DNA of 64,000 bases, from assembly GCA_040776945.1 (NCBI GenBank), contig JAXGZN010000002.1:768001-832000 (forward strand). The letters are read 5' to 3'. This document shows positions 18,394 through 28,753 of the stretch, piece by piece; within the stretch, counting starts at the first letter, position 1; every line of letters starts with the position of its first letter. The notes beneath the pieces were generated by a model. It was not told the DNA's origin and did no database searches. It saw nothing but the letters and a program-made list of their open reading frames with translations. This DNA comes from Methanomassiliicoccaceae archaeon. Its GTDB lineage: Archaea > Thermoplasmatota > Thermoplasmata > Methanomassiliicoccales > Methanomassiliicoccaceae. Position numbers and translations under genes: made by a program.

Positions 18394-19925
18394 GCGAAAA
18401 GGTGGACATACGGAAGGAGGTGGACCTCCGGTCCATCTCCACGACCGCCGACATCCTGATCCCCAAGGACCCCTTGGCCCGGGTCATAGGGCAGGAAGAG
18501 GCGGTGGAGCTGGCGAGGATAGCCGCAAGGCAGAGGAGGAACCTCCTGCTGGTCGGCCCTCCCGGCACCGGAAAATCGATGATAGCTCAGGCCCTCGCCC
18601 TGCACCTCCCCAAGCCCAAAGAGGAGGTCCGCGTCGTCCACAATCCCGAGAGCCCCGAACGGCCGATGGTGGAGATCAAGCGGGAAGAGGAGGTTCTTAG
18701 GGAGCGGGAGACCCGGGGGTCCGCGGTCGGCGAGCTCGTCGAGCCCGAGAAGGCCCCGGCGAGCGTCGCTGAGCGCCTTGGGTACCGCTGCCGTTCCTGC
18801 GGAGCTTATTCCAATGCAACGGAGCGCACCTGTCCCCGGTGCGAAAAGGCCAAGATGGATATGGGCATGCAGGCCAACAACCCCTTCGGGGACCTGCTGG
18901 GGAACCTCATGGAATCGATGGCCAGCGCCGCTCCCGGCCTCGCCTCTCCGGGGAAGGAGAAGGTCACCACCACCCGCAGGAGGGGCGATCAGGAAGAGGT
19001 CGTGGTCTTCGAGCGCGCGGGGGACAAGATAAGGGTGCTAGACCAGGACGCTCTGGAGAAAAGGAGGGCGTTGGAAAGGCTGCGCCCGCACAAGGTCATC
19101 GTCCCGCTTGACCGCAGCCCCTTCGTGCTGGCGACCGGGGCCTCGGAGACCGAGCTCCTGGGGGACGTGCGCCATGACCCATTCGGAGGGCATTCCCAGC
19201 TCGGCACCCAGCCATATGAGCGGGTCATCCCCGGAGCGGTCCATGAGGCGCACGAGGGCGTTCTGTTCCTCGATGAGATATCCCATCTCGGGCAGCTCCA
19301 GAGGTTCATCCTTACCGCCATGCAGGAGAAGCGCGCGCCGATCTCAGGACGCAATCCCCAGTCCTCCGGGGCGTCGGTCCGGGTGGACTCCGTTCCAGCG
19401 AACTTCATCCTGGTCGCAGCGTGCAACATCCAGGACCTGGAGCAAGTGCTATCTCCGCTGCGGTCTAGGATCAACGGCGATGGATATGAGGTGCTGGTGG
19501 AGACCTACATGCCCGATACGGAGGCCAACAGGGCAAGCTTGGCCCAGTTCGTGGCCCAGGAGATCGCCTCCGACGGGCGGATACCTCCGGCCTCGAGGCC
19601 GGCCATAGAGGCTATCATCAAGGAGGCCCGCGCCCGAGCCAGGACCATGGACGGGAAGGACGGGTCGCTAACGCTGAGACTGAGGGAACTGGGCGGCCTC
19701 ATCCGCTCATCGGGGGACCTCGCCGTTGCAGCGGGAGACCCTGTGATCGAGGCGGGCCATGTGAACACGGCCCTGAAGCGGAGCCGCACTGCGGAAGAGC
19801 AGATCAAGGAGCGGTACGGGACCTACATGAAGGGCCTCGGTACGGACATCTCGTCGGCGCAGAAGGAAAAGTCACCGTACTACTTCTGGAACGAGCAGAT
19901 GCGGGACGACCAGGCATACCAATGA
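18390..19925 (+). CDS. LonB-like AAA+ ATPase lacking the protease domain
   Basis: 'VIGQEEAV', Walker A 'GPPGTGKS', 'LLGDVRHDP', '[15 protein letters not shown]', 'SPLRSRI.G.GYEV' and '[11 protein letters not shown]'. It ends before any Lon Ser-Lys protease domain. Confidence 0.88.
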   Translation: MSEKVDIRKEVDLRSISTTADILIPKDPLARVIGQEEAVELARIAARQRRNLLLVGPPGTGKSMIAQALALHLPKPKEEVRVVHNPESPERPMVEIKREEEVLRERETRGSAVGELVEPEKAPASVAERLGYRCRSCGAYSNATERTCPRCEKAKMDMGMQANNPFGDLLGNLMESMASAAPGLASPGKEKVTTTRRRGDQEEVVVFERAGDKIRVLDQDALEKRRALERLRPHKVIVPLDRSPFVLATGASETELLGDVRHDPFGGHSQLGTQPYERVIPGAVHEAHEGVLFLDEISHLGQLQRFILTAMQEKRAPISGRNPQSSGASVRVDSVPANFILVAACNIQDLEQVLSPLRSRINGDGYEVLVETYMPDTEANRASLAQFVAQEIASDGRIPPASRPAIEAIIKEARARARTMDGKDGSLTLRLRELGGLIRSSGDLAVAAGDPVIEAGHVNTALKRSRTAEEQIKERYGTYMKGLGTDISSAQKEKSPYYFWNEQMRDDQAYQ

Positions 19926-20360
19926 TCATATGAAAAGCTGCATCTGGTATGCGTCCTCGCCATCGTTGTAGTAACCGCGTATGACGTCCACCGGCTCGAG
20001 GTTGAACCGCCTGTAGAACTCCATGGCCGCGTAGTTGCCCTTCCTCACCTCTAATGTTATGACCCTGGCACCCTTTCGGCGGCTCTCCTCCAGGTACCGT
20101 TCCATCAGCATGGTCCCGATGCCCTTGCGGCGCAATTCGGGGGCAACTGTAAGCATCAGCACGCGGGAGTGCACAGAGGAGGTCATCACTCCCAACAGAA
20201 AGGCCCTGATGCCATTCTGGTTCTCCACCACCATGAATCCTTCAGGCCATGAGGCAGATATGGTGGTGAAAAGATGGGGGTCATAGCGTTCGCTCAAGGT
20301 GGAGCAAGCTAGATCATAGACCCCTGGAAGGTCACCGATGGAAAAGCCTCTTAGGCGCAA
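19926..20360 (-). CDS. rimI: RimI/Ard1-like N-acetyltransferase
   Basis: 'LTVAPELRRKGIG', 'LEVRKGN..A..FY' and 'YYNDGEDA'. The start is uncertain (TTG at 20360 or 20426). Confidence 0.85.
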   Translation of the reverse strand: MRLRGFSIGDLPGVYDLACSTLSERYDPHLFTTISASWPEGFMVVENQNGIRAFLLGVMTSSVHSRVLMLTVAPELRRKGIGTMLMERYLEESRRKGARVITLEVRKGNYAAMEFYRRFNLEPVDVIRGYYNDGEDAYQMQLFI

Positions 20361-20702
20361 CGTCCCAACAAAGATTCTTTCCCGGATTAATCCTTTTGCC
20401 CGACAGGCCTTTGCGTGAGGAACCAAGGGCTGTGGAACTGACCGTACAGCTGACCATCATCGCTCGAAGGCTCCTTTCCTGACGTCGCGGCTCGGGAACA
20501 TGCATCGCTCACTATATGGTTCAAGCGTGCCGTCCTGCGGTAAATGCCCTTCCATCTGCATCTTGAGCTCGATCTTGCCCGTCCAGGAAGAGGATCGATC
20601 CGGCGGGGCATCGTTGGGGCATATGGCCGGTTCGGGACTTTGATGGCCATGAGCCCTTTGAGGCCTAAGGACGGGGTCCCGCCTCGAAGTGGCAAGGTAC
20701 TA

Positions 20703-21023
20703 TCAGAGCGAGATCACCTTGTCGCTGTCAGCTATGATCCGATATAGGTCCTCCATCTTTGACAGGGGACAGGCCTCTGTTTCCCCCTTCTGCCTGATCC
20801 TCATGCAAGAGGTGCAGGAGTATGTCTTGCCGCCCAGATCGATGTAGCTGCGGATCTGCTCAGTGATGTTGAACTTTTCATTGTCCAGGTCCTCGCACTC
20901 AACGCCCTTCGCCAGCAGGAACATCCTGACCTCGTCGCCTTGACCCAAGCTGTAGATGCCGAGCCTGAACGCCTGATACACTGTCTCGGGGTCGTTTGAG
21001 GTGAGCACGATGCCGAACTTCAT
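20703..21023 (-). CDS. DsrE/DsrF-like family protein
   Basis: 'MKFGIVLTSNDPE...AFR', 'FLLAKGVE', 'SCTSC..R' and 'SDKVI'. ATG at 21023. Confidence 0.85.
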   Translation of the reverse strand: MKFGIVLTSNDPETVYQAFRLGIYSLGQGDEVRMFLLAKGVECEDLDNEKFNITEQIRSYIDLGGKTYSCTSCMRIRQKGETEACPLSKMEDLYRIIADSDKVISL

Positions 21024-21769
21024 GCGCTTTGGTAGAGAGAAAGCTGTAGATAAATCCACATGTGGGCCTGTTCGTCCATCCAAATGGACCTCACGGCCTC
21101 CACGCCTCACCGGCTCCTGTGAACTGCGATCGCCGTCCTTATGCCTATTCTGCCCGGACCCAGAAGGAACGATGATTGTAGACAGCACTTGTTCCGCAGC
21201 TCTGCAACCTCAGCTCAACACCAGCCTTGGGTCTTCTTGACATTGTTGGCCTCGTGACGCAGGGAGCAGTGGCCATTCTTATAAAAGGCGGCAGGGGGGC
21301 GTTAGACAGCAGCATCGATGCCCCGACCATCGCTTTTCATATTTGTTCATGGATCTGTCGTATAGTTCATGAAGAGCTGCGGGGGATCACGGCCGCCAGG
21401 CGAAGAAAATCACGATAGCGAGATCGGGACCACTTCGGAATAGGAACGAAGCGGGTTGAAAACGTCAAGCTGCATGACCGTGTACCGGGCCGTGCCGCCA
21501 TGAACGAGGGCCCATAGGCGCGGGCCGCGAGGATGGCCGGCCAGAACGTCCTCGGTTATCCTTCTTGCTCGGCCTCATGGCCATGTGGTTGGGTCCGTGC
21601 GCCATGACCAGCTGGCGGGGCCACCCCCTGCCGTCACAATTTCAGGAGCGTGGCCCAACGAAGCTTTATTACCAGGACCAGCGGCGCTTTCATTAAAGGT
21701 CCATTCGTCCAGCGCATGACGTTCAAGGCTTCATTTGGGACCAACTAAGAACGTATCTAGAAAAAAGCT

Positions 21770-22417
21770 TCAGAACGTTCTCGGCTTTCCTTCTTGACAA
21801 TTATTGATCGCCGATATCACAACGAACGCCCCCTTGCCGTGCCCGGGCAGGGCGAAGTCCTGAGCGATCATCTCGCTAGGATCACGGAAGATCGTCTGAA
21901 ATACCGCGGATGGCGACCAGTCCGCCTCCTTCAACATTCCAAGCACATTATCGGCCGATAGGAACCGGGCATCTTGATAGAACGAGCTGCCCTTCACCCT
22001 CTCCAAATACCCATGGCCGACCGCGCTTCCATCATCTAACATGCCGATAACCAGGCGGCCTCCAGCATGGGTGACCCGCCTAGCCTCTGCGATCGCCCTG
22101 AGCGGATCGCTGATGAAGCAGAGCGTGGTGACCATTAGAACCTGAGCAAAGGAGCCGTCCCTGAACGGCAGTTTCTCTGCTATGCCTCGAACTACCTCCA
22201 AGCCCTTTCCCCGAGCGATCTGAAGCATGGGCCGTGAGGGGTCAAGGCCTACCGCGGTCCCCAGCGGCAGAGCGAATCGGCCGGTCCCTACGCCGATCTC
22301 CAGACCGCCCTTCGATGCTACCCTCCTCAGAGCCTCCAGCTCAGAGAGATATATCGCGGGATGTTCATCGAACCAAGCATCGTAGTCCTTGGCCCGCTTA
22401 TCGAAAACGCACGTCAT
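21770..22417 (-). CDS. Class I SAM-dependent methyltransferase
   Basis: 'FD..A..YD.WF', 'LEIGVGTGRF', 'AEKLPF.DGSF' and 'TTLCF'. Confidence 0.9.
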   Translation of the reverse strand: MTCVFDKRAKDYDAWFDEHPAIYLSELEALRRVASKGGLEIGVGTGRFALPLGTAVGLDPSRPMLQIARGKGLEVVRGIAEKLPFRDGSFAQVLMVTTLCFISDPLRAIAEARRVTHAGGRLVIGMLDDGSAVGHGYLERVKGSSFYQDARFLSADNVLGMLKEADWSPSAVFQTIFRDPSEMIAQDFALPGHGKGAFVVISAINNCQEGKPRTF

Positions 22418-23015
22418 GGTAAGAGGGCATATGTCATTTAGTGCCTCGGTGCTCCTTTTTCCGCCGCCGATGCTTTTTCAGCTTTGAAAGCACGTCCTTC
22501 GTCAGCGACATGCCTGAGGTCCGCGCGGGCGCAGCGGGCCGATGGAACGATGCATATCCGGGCGAGGCCAGAGAGCGCCTTGGCCAAAGGATGGAGGTAA
22601 ACCCACAATATTGGGATATTTGGCCAGGATGATGCTTCGTAATAACTGCAGGTGTCCCAATGCCTGTCCGGCAACCTCAATGCCGTCCCTTCCTTCAATC
22701 GCCCGAAAGGCCCGTCCTTCTTTCCGGGGGCAACCACATCATGCTCCAGAATGTCCTTCTTCATCGGCCTCCGATACAAGATGGTGGTCCGAGCTAAAAA
22801 CCGCTTCGTGCCCTTTGTGGCGGACGGAACAGCGATTATGAAAGAAGGTCGATCACCTCGGCGATGTTGGACCGGCTAGGACCGCGACGTGCCTTCTTCC
22901 CCCCAAGCCTCGACCGCACGGACGCCATTCGTTATTTCAAGCGGACCATATGTGAGCTGTGATCACCTGCTCATCGGAACATGACGCGCCGGATGACAGC
23001 GTACTAAGCGTTGGT

Positions 23016-25022
23016 TCACTGCGCTCGCCGGGAAATGGTCCTTTTCCAAAATAGGACAAGGACGAGGGCCACGGCCGGCAGGACTATCAGGGCCGTCCAC
23101 GCGGACCCGACCATGCCGCTCTCGGCCGGACACACCTTGATCCAGCATATCGCCACGGCCGTGTTGTTCCCCTTGTCCCGTAACGTAAGGACTATGGTGT
23201 GGTTCCCCACCGGCAGCTTCACCGCCCAGGATTCGGCGGTGCTATCTATGGTCCCGTCCCCGTCGATGTCCCATTCGAACACCATCCCGGGAGCGTTGTC
23301 CGATGATCTTCCGGCATCGAGAAGTACGGGCCGGCCTTCGGATACCTCCATGTATGTCCAGGGCAAACAGGCCACCGGAGGCATCGGATCTATCTCCCAA
23401 TCCATCCAGAACAGGGAGGAGAAGAAGGCTGCTACCGGTCCTGAGCGCACCGCCGCACCGACCTCTCGGTTCTCGAAAAGCGCGCTGTCGCCCCAGTTGA
23501 TGGATGACACTATCGCCAGGTCATCGATCACCAGACCCTTGTTGTGCATCACTGAAAGACCATGGTAAGGGGATATGACCCGTGCCTCGAGGTCGTACCC
23601 ATGCTTCTTGGCGAGTGAGTTGAGCTTGTCGGCAACTGCCTGATTGTCCGCCCGGCCCCAGGATGAATCGAGGAGGACCCTAACCTTCGTTCCTCTCTTG
23701 GCCGCATCGATCAGCGAGGTCAACAGGCTGGGTTCCGAGGTCCATCGAGGCTCGATCGACATCTGTTCCACGAGGACGGTCTCCCTCGCACTGTCGATGA
23801 ACCCCTTGAGCGAGGCCATGGAATGGTCCGGAGAGAGCACCGGAACCACCTTGCATCGGTAACGGACGGTCTCGTCCGTTCCGTCGGGCGCATCGACCAG
23901 TTGCATAAGCTTGCCCCCGCTCCGTGGCGGCGCCACATCGATGCGCCCGTTGAAATCCCGGTCGAAGACACCATCATAGTAAGATCCCAGGTCCCAGGCG
24001 TCCATGGTCACTCCCCATCCGCGGTTGGAGTACAGCCCTGAGCCCCAGTTCTCTGACATGACCGTCACCCGGCGGCCGTCCACCACCAGGTACTTGGAGT
24101 GCAGGTAATCGTACCGCTTGTAGGAATCGAACGAGCGTAGCTCAAGGATGCGCACGCCAGCAGCGGCAAGGGTCACGGCGGCATCCTTGGACCGGCCTGA
24201 CAGTCCGCCTACAGGCTGGCCCTCGATGAGCACGTTCACCTCCACGCCGCGGCGGACGCACCTCACCAGTTGTTCCACTATGAAGGGGTCCGATATCTCA
24301 TAGACCGAGCAGTTGGCCGTCCTGGAAGCCAGAGATAGTTCCCGAGCGATGCGCCAGGCAGCTGTCTCCGGGGCCGAGAACGGCTCGACCACTGCATCGA
24401 AGACCGGCTGGGGATGATCTGACCGTCCGGGAGGTTCCACCTTCCAGTCCGAGGACGTGTTGGTGTCGCCCCCCCGTCTAACCATGGCATGGCCTTTGGT
24501 GACGCCCACTACCGGGGGGCCGCTCCATCCATCCCCTCGGTACGCTGATGCTCCATAGACCGCCGCATCGATGACCGAACGGTCACCGGCGCGCAAGAGT
24601 ACCTCATCCCCGCCATCAGCCAGGGCGAACCTTCCGCTCCATCCGAGCGAGGCGTTGCCCTTTTCGATGCACCGTATCCCTGGCCTGAGGTCAGCGAAAG
24701 CCTTTCCATCGGCGGTGAATGCTACCGAGGCCCCACTGCCCAAGACCATGCCGGGCGGGAGAATGATGGTCCCTTCCCCGTCATCGATGGTCATCCCGTC
24801 GAGGACCAGCTCATCTCCGAAATTGGTGATGATCACATACTCGACGGGCCGGCCAGGGCACACCTCGGTGATGAGAGGCCCGCGCACCGGGGCGGCCGGA
24901 GAATGATCGTAAGCGGCGAGCATGCTCTGCTCCGAGGATGTGGATGAGGGGCCAGGCTGGGCGGTGGGGAGAACTAGCACCAGCAGGACCAAGATATGCA
25001 GGCCCCTCATCGAGCCTGTCAA
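23016..25022 (-). CDS. Secreted, membrane-anchored phospholipase D family protein (lamin-tail-like, two PLD domains, PKD-like)
   Basis: Two HKD motifs, 'HSKYLVVD' and 'HNKGLVID'. Signal peptide, 'WDIDGDG' PKD-like module and a C-terminal TM. Confidence 0.88.
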   Translation of the reverse strand: MTGSMRGLHILVLLVLVLPTAQPGPSSTSSEQSMLAAYDHSPAAPVRGPLITEVCPGRPVEYVIITNFGDELVLDGMTIDDGEGTIILPPGMVLGSGASVAFTADGKAFADLRPGIRCIEKGNASLGWSGRFALADGGDEVLLRAGDRSVIDAAVYGASAYRGDGWSGPPVVGVTKGHAMVRRGGDTNTSSDWKVEPPGRSDHPQPVFDAVVEPFSAPETAAWRIARELSLASRTANCSVYEISDPFIVEQLVRCVRRGVEVNVLIEGQPVGGLSGRSKDAAVTLAAAGVRILELRSFDSYKRYDYLHSKYLVVDGRRVTVMSENWGSGLYSNRGWGVTMDAWDLGSYYDGVFDRDFNGRIDVAPPRSGGKLMQLVDAPDGTDETVRYRCKVVPVLSPDHSMASLKGFIDSARETVLVEQMSIEPRWTSEPSLLTSLIDAAKRGTKVRVLLDSSWGRADNQAVADKLNSLAKKHGYDLEARVISPYHGLSVMHNKGLVIDDLAIVSSINWGDSALFENREVGAAVRSGPVAAFFSSLFWMDWEIDPMPPVACLPWTYMEVSEGRPVLLDAGRSSDNAPGMVFEWDIDGDGTIDSTAESWAVKLPVGNHTIVLTLRDKGNNTAVAICWIKVCPAESGMVGSAWTALIVLPAVALVLVLFWKRTISRRAQ

Positions 25023-25069
25023 TCCCAGGGCGGAAGATATGCGTGACCGCTACACTTATCCTAAAGGCC

Positions 25070-25738
25070 TTAGAGGAACTGGACCAGGTCGGCCAGGACC
25101 TTGCGGGGCTCCTTGTTCTTTACAACCCCTGATGCCAGCAGCACCCCCGCTGCCCCCAGCTCTATGGCCTTCTTGACGTCCCGGCCGGTCTTGATCCCCG
25201 CGCCGCAAAGGACCTGTATGTCCTCGTCGACACGATGCACGGCGGTCACCGTTTCACTTACGATCGCCGGGTTCGCGTCCGTCACCGAGACATCGCCTCC
25301 GATAAGCTCGGGCGGCTCCACGGCGATCATGTTCGGCTCCAGGGACGCCGCGGCGGCGGAGGTGGCTCGAGTATCGGTGCACACGCAGGTGATGAGACCT
25401 GCCTCCTTGCACAGCTGCACCGCCACCCCGAGGTCTGCGAGGACCATGCGCCTTTCCGAATGGTTCAAAAGGGTCCCCCGCGCGCCGGCAGCCTTCGCCA
25501 GTTCAGGTGTGATATGTCCAGTGGCCGCGCCTGGACGCTTGGCATCCACATGCTGCGCAAGGACCGGGAGGGTGACCGCCCGCGCCACCGCGGACAGTTC
25601 GGTGACCGGGGGGCAGACCGATATGATCACCCCGGTCTCGTCGGATACTTCCTGGCACGCTTCGGCCAGAGAGACCGCGCGCTCTCCCTGGACCTCGACA
25701 TAGGCCTTGAAGTTGATCATGACGACCGGGGCTCTCAT
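25070..25738 (-). CDS. tpiA: Triosephosphate isomerase (short archaeal type)
   Basis: 'INFKAY', 'AQH', 'LNHSE', 'AVEPPELIG', 'CGAGI' and 'LLASG'. Confidence 0.97.
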   Translation of the reverse strand: MRAPVVMINFKAYVEVQGERAVSLAEACQEVSDETGVIISVCPPVTELSAVARAVTLPVLAQHVDAKRPGAATGHITPELAKAAGARGTLLNHSERRMVLADLGVAVQLCKEAGLITCVCTDTRATSAAAASLEPNMIAVEPPELIGGDVSVTDANPAIVSETVTAVHRVDEDIQVLCGAGIKTGRDVKKAIELGAAGVLLASGVVKNKEPRKVLADLVQFL

Positions 25739-25739
25739 C

Positions 25740-26882
25740 TCAATCCAATTTTTCCATGCGTTCCTTAAGTTTGCCGAGGACCGCCGGGCGGGTGGTGTAC
25801 TCCATCTCCTCCGGACCGAGGACCGCGGGCATGAACGGACCGTGGCGGCGCATGTATATCGAGGCCTTGACCGCGCCCCTGCGGGCCTCGTCCCAGCAGC
25901 TTCCGGCGAAGTAGTCTATAGGCTCATGATGACCGGGCGGAGAGCCGGGGTCCTCGAGCCCCTGGAACTTGCCGTTGCTGACATGCAGGCCTACCGCGCA
26001 TATGCGTGGCGGGCCGTCGAAGAACACAGGGTCAGAGTCGGCGACCGAGCAGGGATACCAGCCGCCGTAGTGAGAGCCTCTCATCCACCCGGAGACCAGG
26101 GCGGGGAACATGTAGGGCTGCAGGATCTCCCCGACCGCGGGAAGGCCGCTCTGGGCCCTGCAGATGCAGACTGGGTCGTCCTTACCAACGTACTTGCCGG
26201 CCGTGATGTTGAGCTTCTCGGTTGACACCACGGCACCGATCCCGATCTCGGGGATCTTGGACCAGATCCTCTTGATGGCATACCGGGTGGTGTCGCCCAG
26301 GAGGGTCAGGATATCATAGGTCTCGTCAGGGGTGGACATAACAACGCGCTTGGAATCGCAAACGTCCACTATCTCGAACTTGAACCCCTCATGGGCCCTA
26401 GGGTCGATGACCAGACCGGTCGTGGTGAACGGGTCCATATAGGTCTTGCACAATGGCAGGGAGTAGGAGGACGGCTCGGTCTTGTCGGCCATGAAGAATA
26501 CGAGGGGTTCCGCCCCGCGCTCCTTGAACTCCATCTCGGCCGCTCCCGGCCCGGCCCCTCGGACATTGCCTGAGAAGGCATCGGTGAGGAGGTCTTGCCC
26601 GGCAGCGTAGAGCTTCATCCTCTTGGCCTCCCTGGTGGCATCCATGAACGCCTCCCAGCAAAGGCCGTGGACATCCCTGTTGTTCTCCCCGCGGGTATGG
26701 GTGAGGAAGAGGTTGATATCATCGCCCACCCTGGTGACATAGAAGTCATCGATGGTGCCGGCCCTTAGGCCGTCAGCGAGCCTCTCTTCCGCCCTCTTCA
26801 TCATCAGCGGATGAGGTCTTGCGTGACCGCCGACAGAACCCACATCGGCCTTTATGACTGAGACTGTAACCCTGTCTGACAT
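25740..26882 (-). CDS. fbp: Bifunctional fructose-1,6-bisphosphate aldolase/phosphatase
   Basis: 'IKADVG', 'GDD', 'YAAGQDLL.DAFSGNV', 'ADKTEP', 'GKYVGKDDP' and 'GWMRGSH'. Confidence 0.96.
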   Translation of the reverse strand: MSDRVTVSVIKADVGSVGGHARPHPLMMKRAEERLADGLRAGTIDDFYVTRVGDDINLFLTHTRGENNRDVHGLCWEAFMDATREAKRMKLYAAGQDLLTDAFSGNVRGAGPGAAEMEFKERGAEPLVFFMADKTEPSSYSLPLCKTYMDPFTTTGLVIDPRAHEGFKFEIVDVCDSKRVVMSTPDETYDILTLLGDTTRYAIKRIWSKIPEIGIGAVVSTEKLNITAGKYVGKDDPVCICRAQSGLPAVGEILQPYMFPALVSGWMRGSHYGGWYPCSVADSDPVFFDGPPRICAVGLHVSNGKFQGLEDPGSPPGHHEPIDYFAGSCWDEARRGAVKASIYMRRHGPFMPAVLGPEEMEYTTRPAVLGKLKERMEKLD

Positions 26883-26996
26883 TTACTTTCCCCTTAATAC
26901 TGCTCGAATATTGCTCTCTATATAAATAGTTAGTAGGGCTGACCGAACGACCAGAAAACGAGTGGCCATTTCAAGTTCGATGCCCTGTCCTCACTA

Positions 26997-27227
26997 TCAA
27001 GATTGGCTGACGGTTATGACGGTGACCGGGCAGGCGTCTTCAGCTCTTTTCGCGCAGTCGAGCAGGTCATCGGGTACCTTTCCCTTGGCGGAGCTCCCAT
27101 CACGGTATTGTTCCACTATCTCGGAAGTGCCATCTTCTCCTTCCATGAATATCTCGGGACACTCGTCCATATAACAGCGACCGCACTGGATGCACCCTTC
27201 TTGATCGATCTCGATGTTTACTGCCAT
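26997..27227 (-). CDS. Ferredoxin (monocluster type)
   Basis: 'CIQCGRC...CP' and 'A..ACPV..I'. ATG at 27227 after an AGGGG RBS. Confidence 0.9.
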   Translation of the reverse strand: MAVNIEIDQEGCIQCGRCYMDECPEIFMEGEDGTSEIVEQYRDGSSAKGKVPDDLLDCAKRAEDACPVTVITVSQS

Positions 27228-27343
27228 GGTTCCCCTTATTCTCACCTATCCAATTATTAATTTTTGGTCGTGATCGGATGCTGCGGCGTGCCCGCTGAAC
27301 ATCACATTTATACCTGATTGGAGCATGCACGCCCGGTATTGTA

Positions 27344-28660
27344 ATGAGCGAGGCGACTCCGCGGAACTCCAAGACCCTGTCCCCTGCCGACTCGGGGAGG
27401 GATGTCTCAGTGAAAGGCTGGGCCCAGGAGATCAGGAACCTGGGAGGAATATCCTTCTTGATCATCAGGGACCGTCATGGCATCGTCCAAGTCACCGCGC
27501 CTAAGAAGAAGGTCGCCCCTGAGGTCATGACCGTCCTCGGCGGCCTGTCCCGCGAGTCCGTGGTCAAGGTCACCGGCGTGGCCAAAGCTGCAGAGCAGGC
27601 CAAGGGCGGCGTGGAGGTCGTTCCCTCGTCGATCGAGGTCCTCAGCGCGGCCGCTTCGCCTTTGCCCATGGGAGTGGTAGATAAGGTAAACGTGGAGGCG
27701 GACACCAGGTTCGACAACCGGTTCATGGACCTTCGGAGGCCTGAGGCCCGTGCGGTGTTCGAGATCAAATCTATGGTGCTGGACCTTATCGGGGATTTCC
27801 TGACCGGCGAGGGTTTCCTGGAGGTGTTCACTCCCAAGATCGTGGCCTCGGGAGCGGAGGGGGGCGCGACCTTGTTCCAGCTCAAGTACTTCGAACAGAT
27901 GGCATATCTGGCGCAATCGCCTCAGCTATACAAGCAGATGCTCATGTCCACCGGCTTGGACCGGGTCTTCGAGATAGGCCCGGCCTTCCGCGCGGAGCAT
28001 TCGGACACCGTGAGGCACGTTTCAGAGTTCATCTCCTTTGATGGCGAACTTGCTTTCATCGATTCTATGAACGATGTGCTGGACGTTGTGGAGCGGTGCT
28101 GCCAATCGGTGATCGGAGGCATCGTGAAGAACGCCGCCCCGCAGCTGGAGACGCTCAATGCCTCGGTCACCGTGCCCCGGGCCCCCTATCCGGTGATCGA
28201 GTACTGCGACGCCGTGGAGATGGTTCAGGGAACCGGCATGCACATTGATCTCGGCGATGACCTGGGCACCGAGGGCGAGAAGGCGCTCGGTGAGATAATG
28301 AAGGAGAAGGGGCACGACATGTACTGGATCGTGGAGTACCCCGAGGAGGCGAAGCCCTTCTACATCATGGAAAAGGACGGCACCCCGTATTCCTACTCGT
28401 TCGATCTGGACTATAAAGGGCAGGAGATATCCTCCGGCGGGCAGAGGGAGCACCGGTACGATCGTTTGGTCCAGCGGATGCAGGGGAAGGGGCTGGACCC
28501 AAGCGCCTTCAACTTCTACCTCGACGCGTTCAGGTTCGGCATGCCCCCGCATGGGGGATGGGGGCTGGGAGTGGAGAGGCTCGTGCAAAAGATGCTGGAC
28601 CTTCCGAACATCAGGGAGACCATCTTGTTCCCCCGGGACCGCATCCGCTTGGTCCCTTGA
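27344..28660 (+). CDS. aspS: Aspartyl-tRNA synthetase (archaeal type)
   Basis: OB anticodon domain, 'LAQSPQLYKQ', 'FRAE', 'EISSGGQREH', 'PPHGG.GLG.ER' and 'FPRD'. Confidence 0.97.
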   Translation: MSEATPRNSKTLSPADSGRDVSVKGWAQEIRNLGGISFLIIRDRHGIVQVTAPKKKVAPEVMTVLGGLSRESVVKVTGVAKAAEQAKGGVEVVPSSIEVLSAAASPLPMGVVDKVNVEADTRFDNRFMDLRRPEARAVFEIKSMVLDLIGDFLTGEGFLEVFTPKIVASGAEGGATLFQLKYFEQMAYLAQSPQLYKQMLMSTGLDRVFEIGPAFRAEHSDTVRHVSEFISFDGELAFIDSMNDVLDVVERCCQSVIGGIVKNAAPQLETLNASVTVPRAPYPVIEYCDAVEMVQGTGMHIDLGDDLGTEGEKALGEIMKEKGHDMYWIVEYPEEAKPFYIMEKDGTPYSYSFDLDYKGQEISSGGQREHRYDRLVQRMQGKGLDPSAFNFYLDAFRFGMPPHGGWGLGVERLVQKMLDLPNIRETILFPRDRIRLVP

Positions 28661-28753
28661 AGGCACTGTCCGAGACATGGGCCCTCGCCATTATCGTCGG
28701 TCCCGGGCCGCCGGGCCGGCAATGTCTTAACCATCGGAGAGCCTTTCGCTCCT

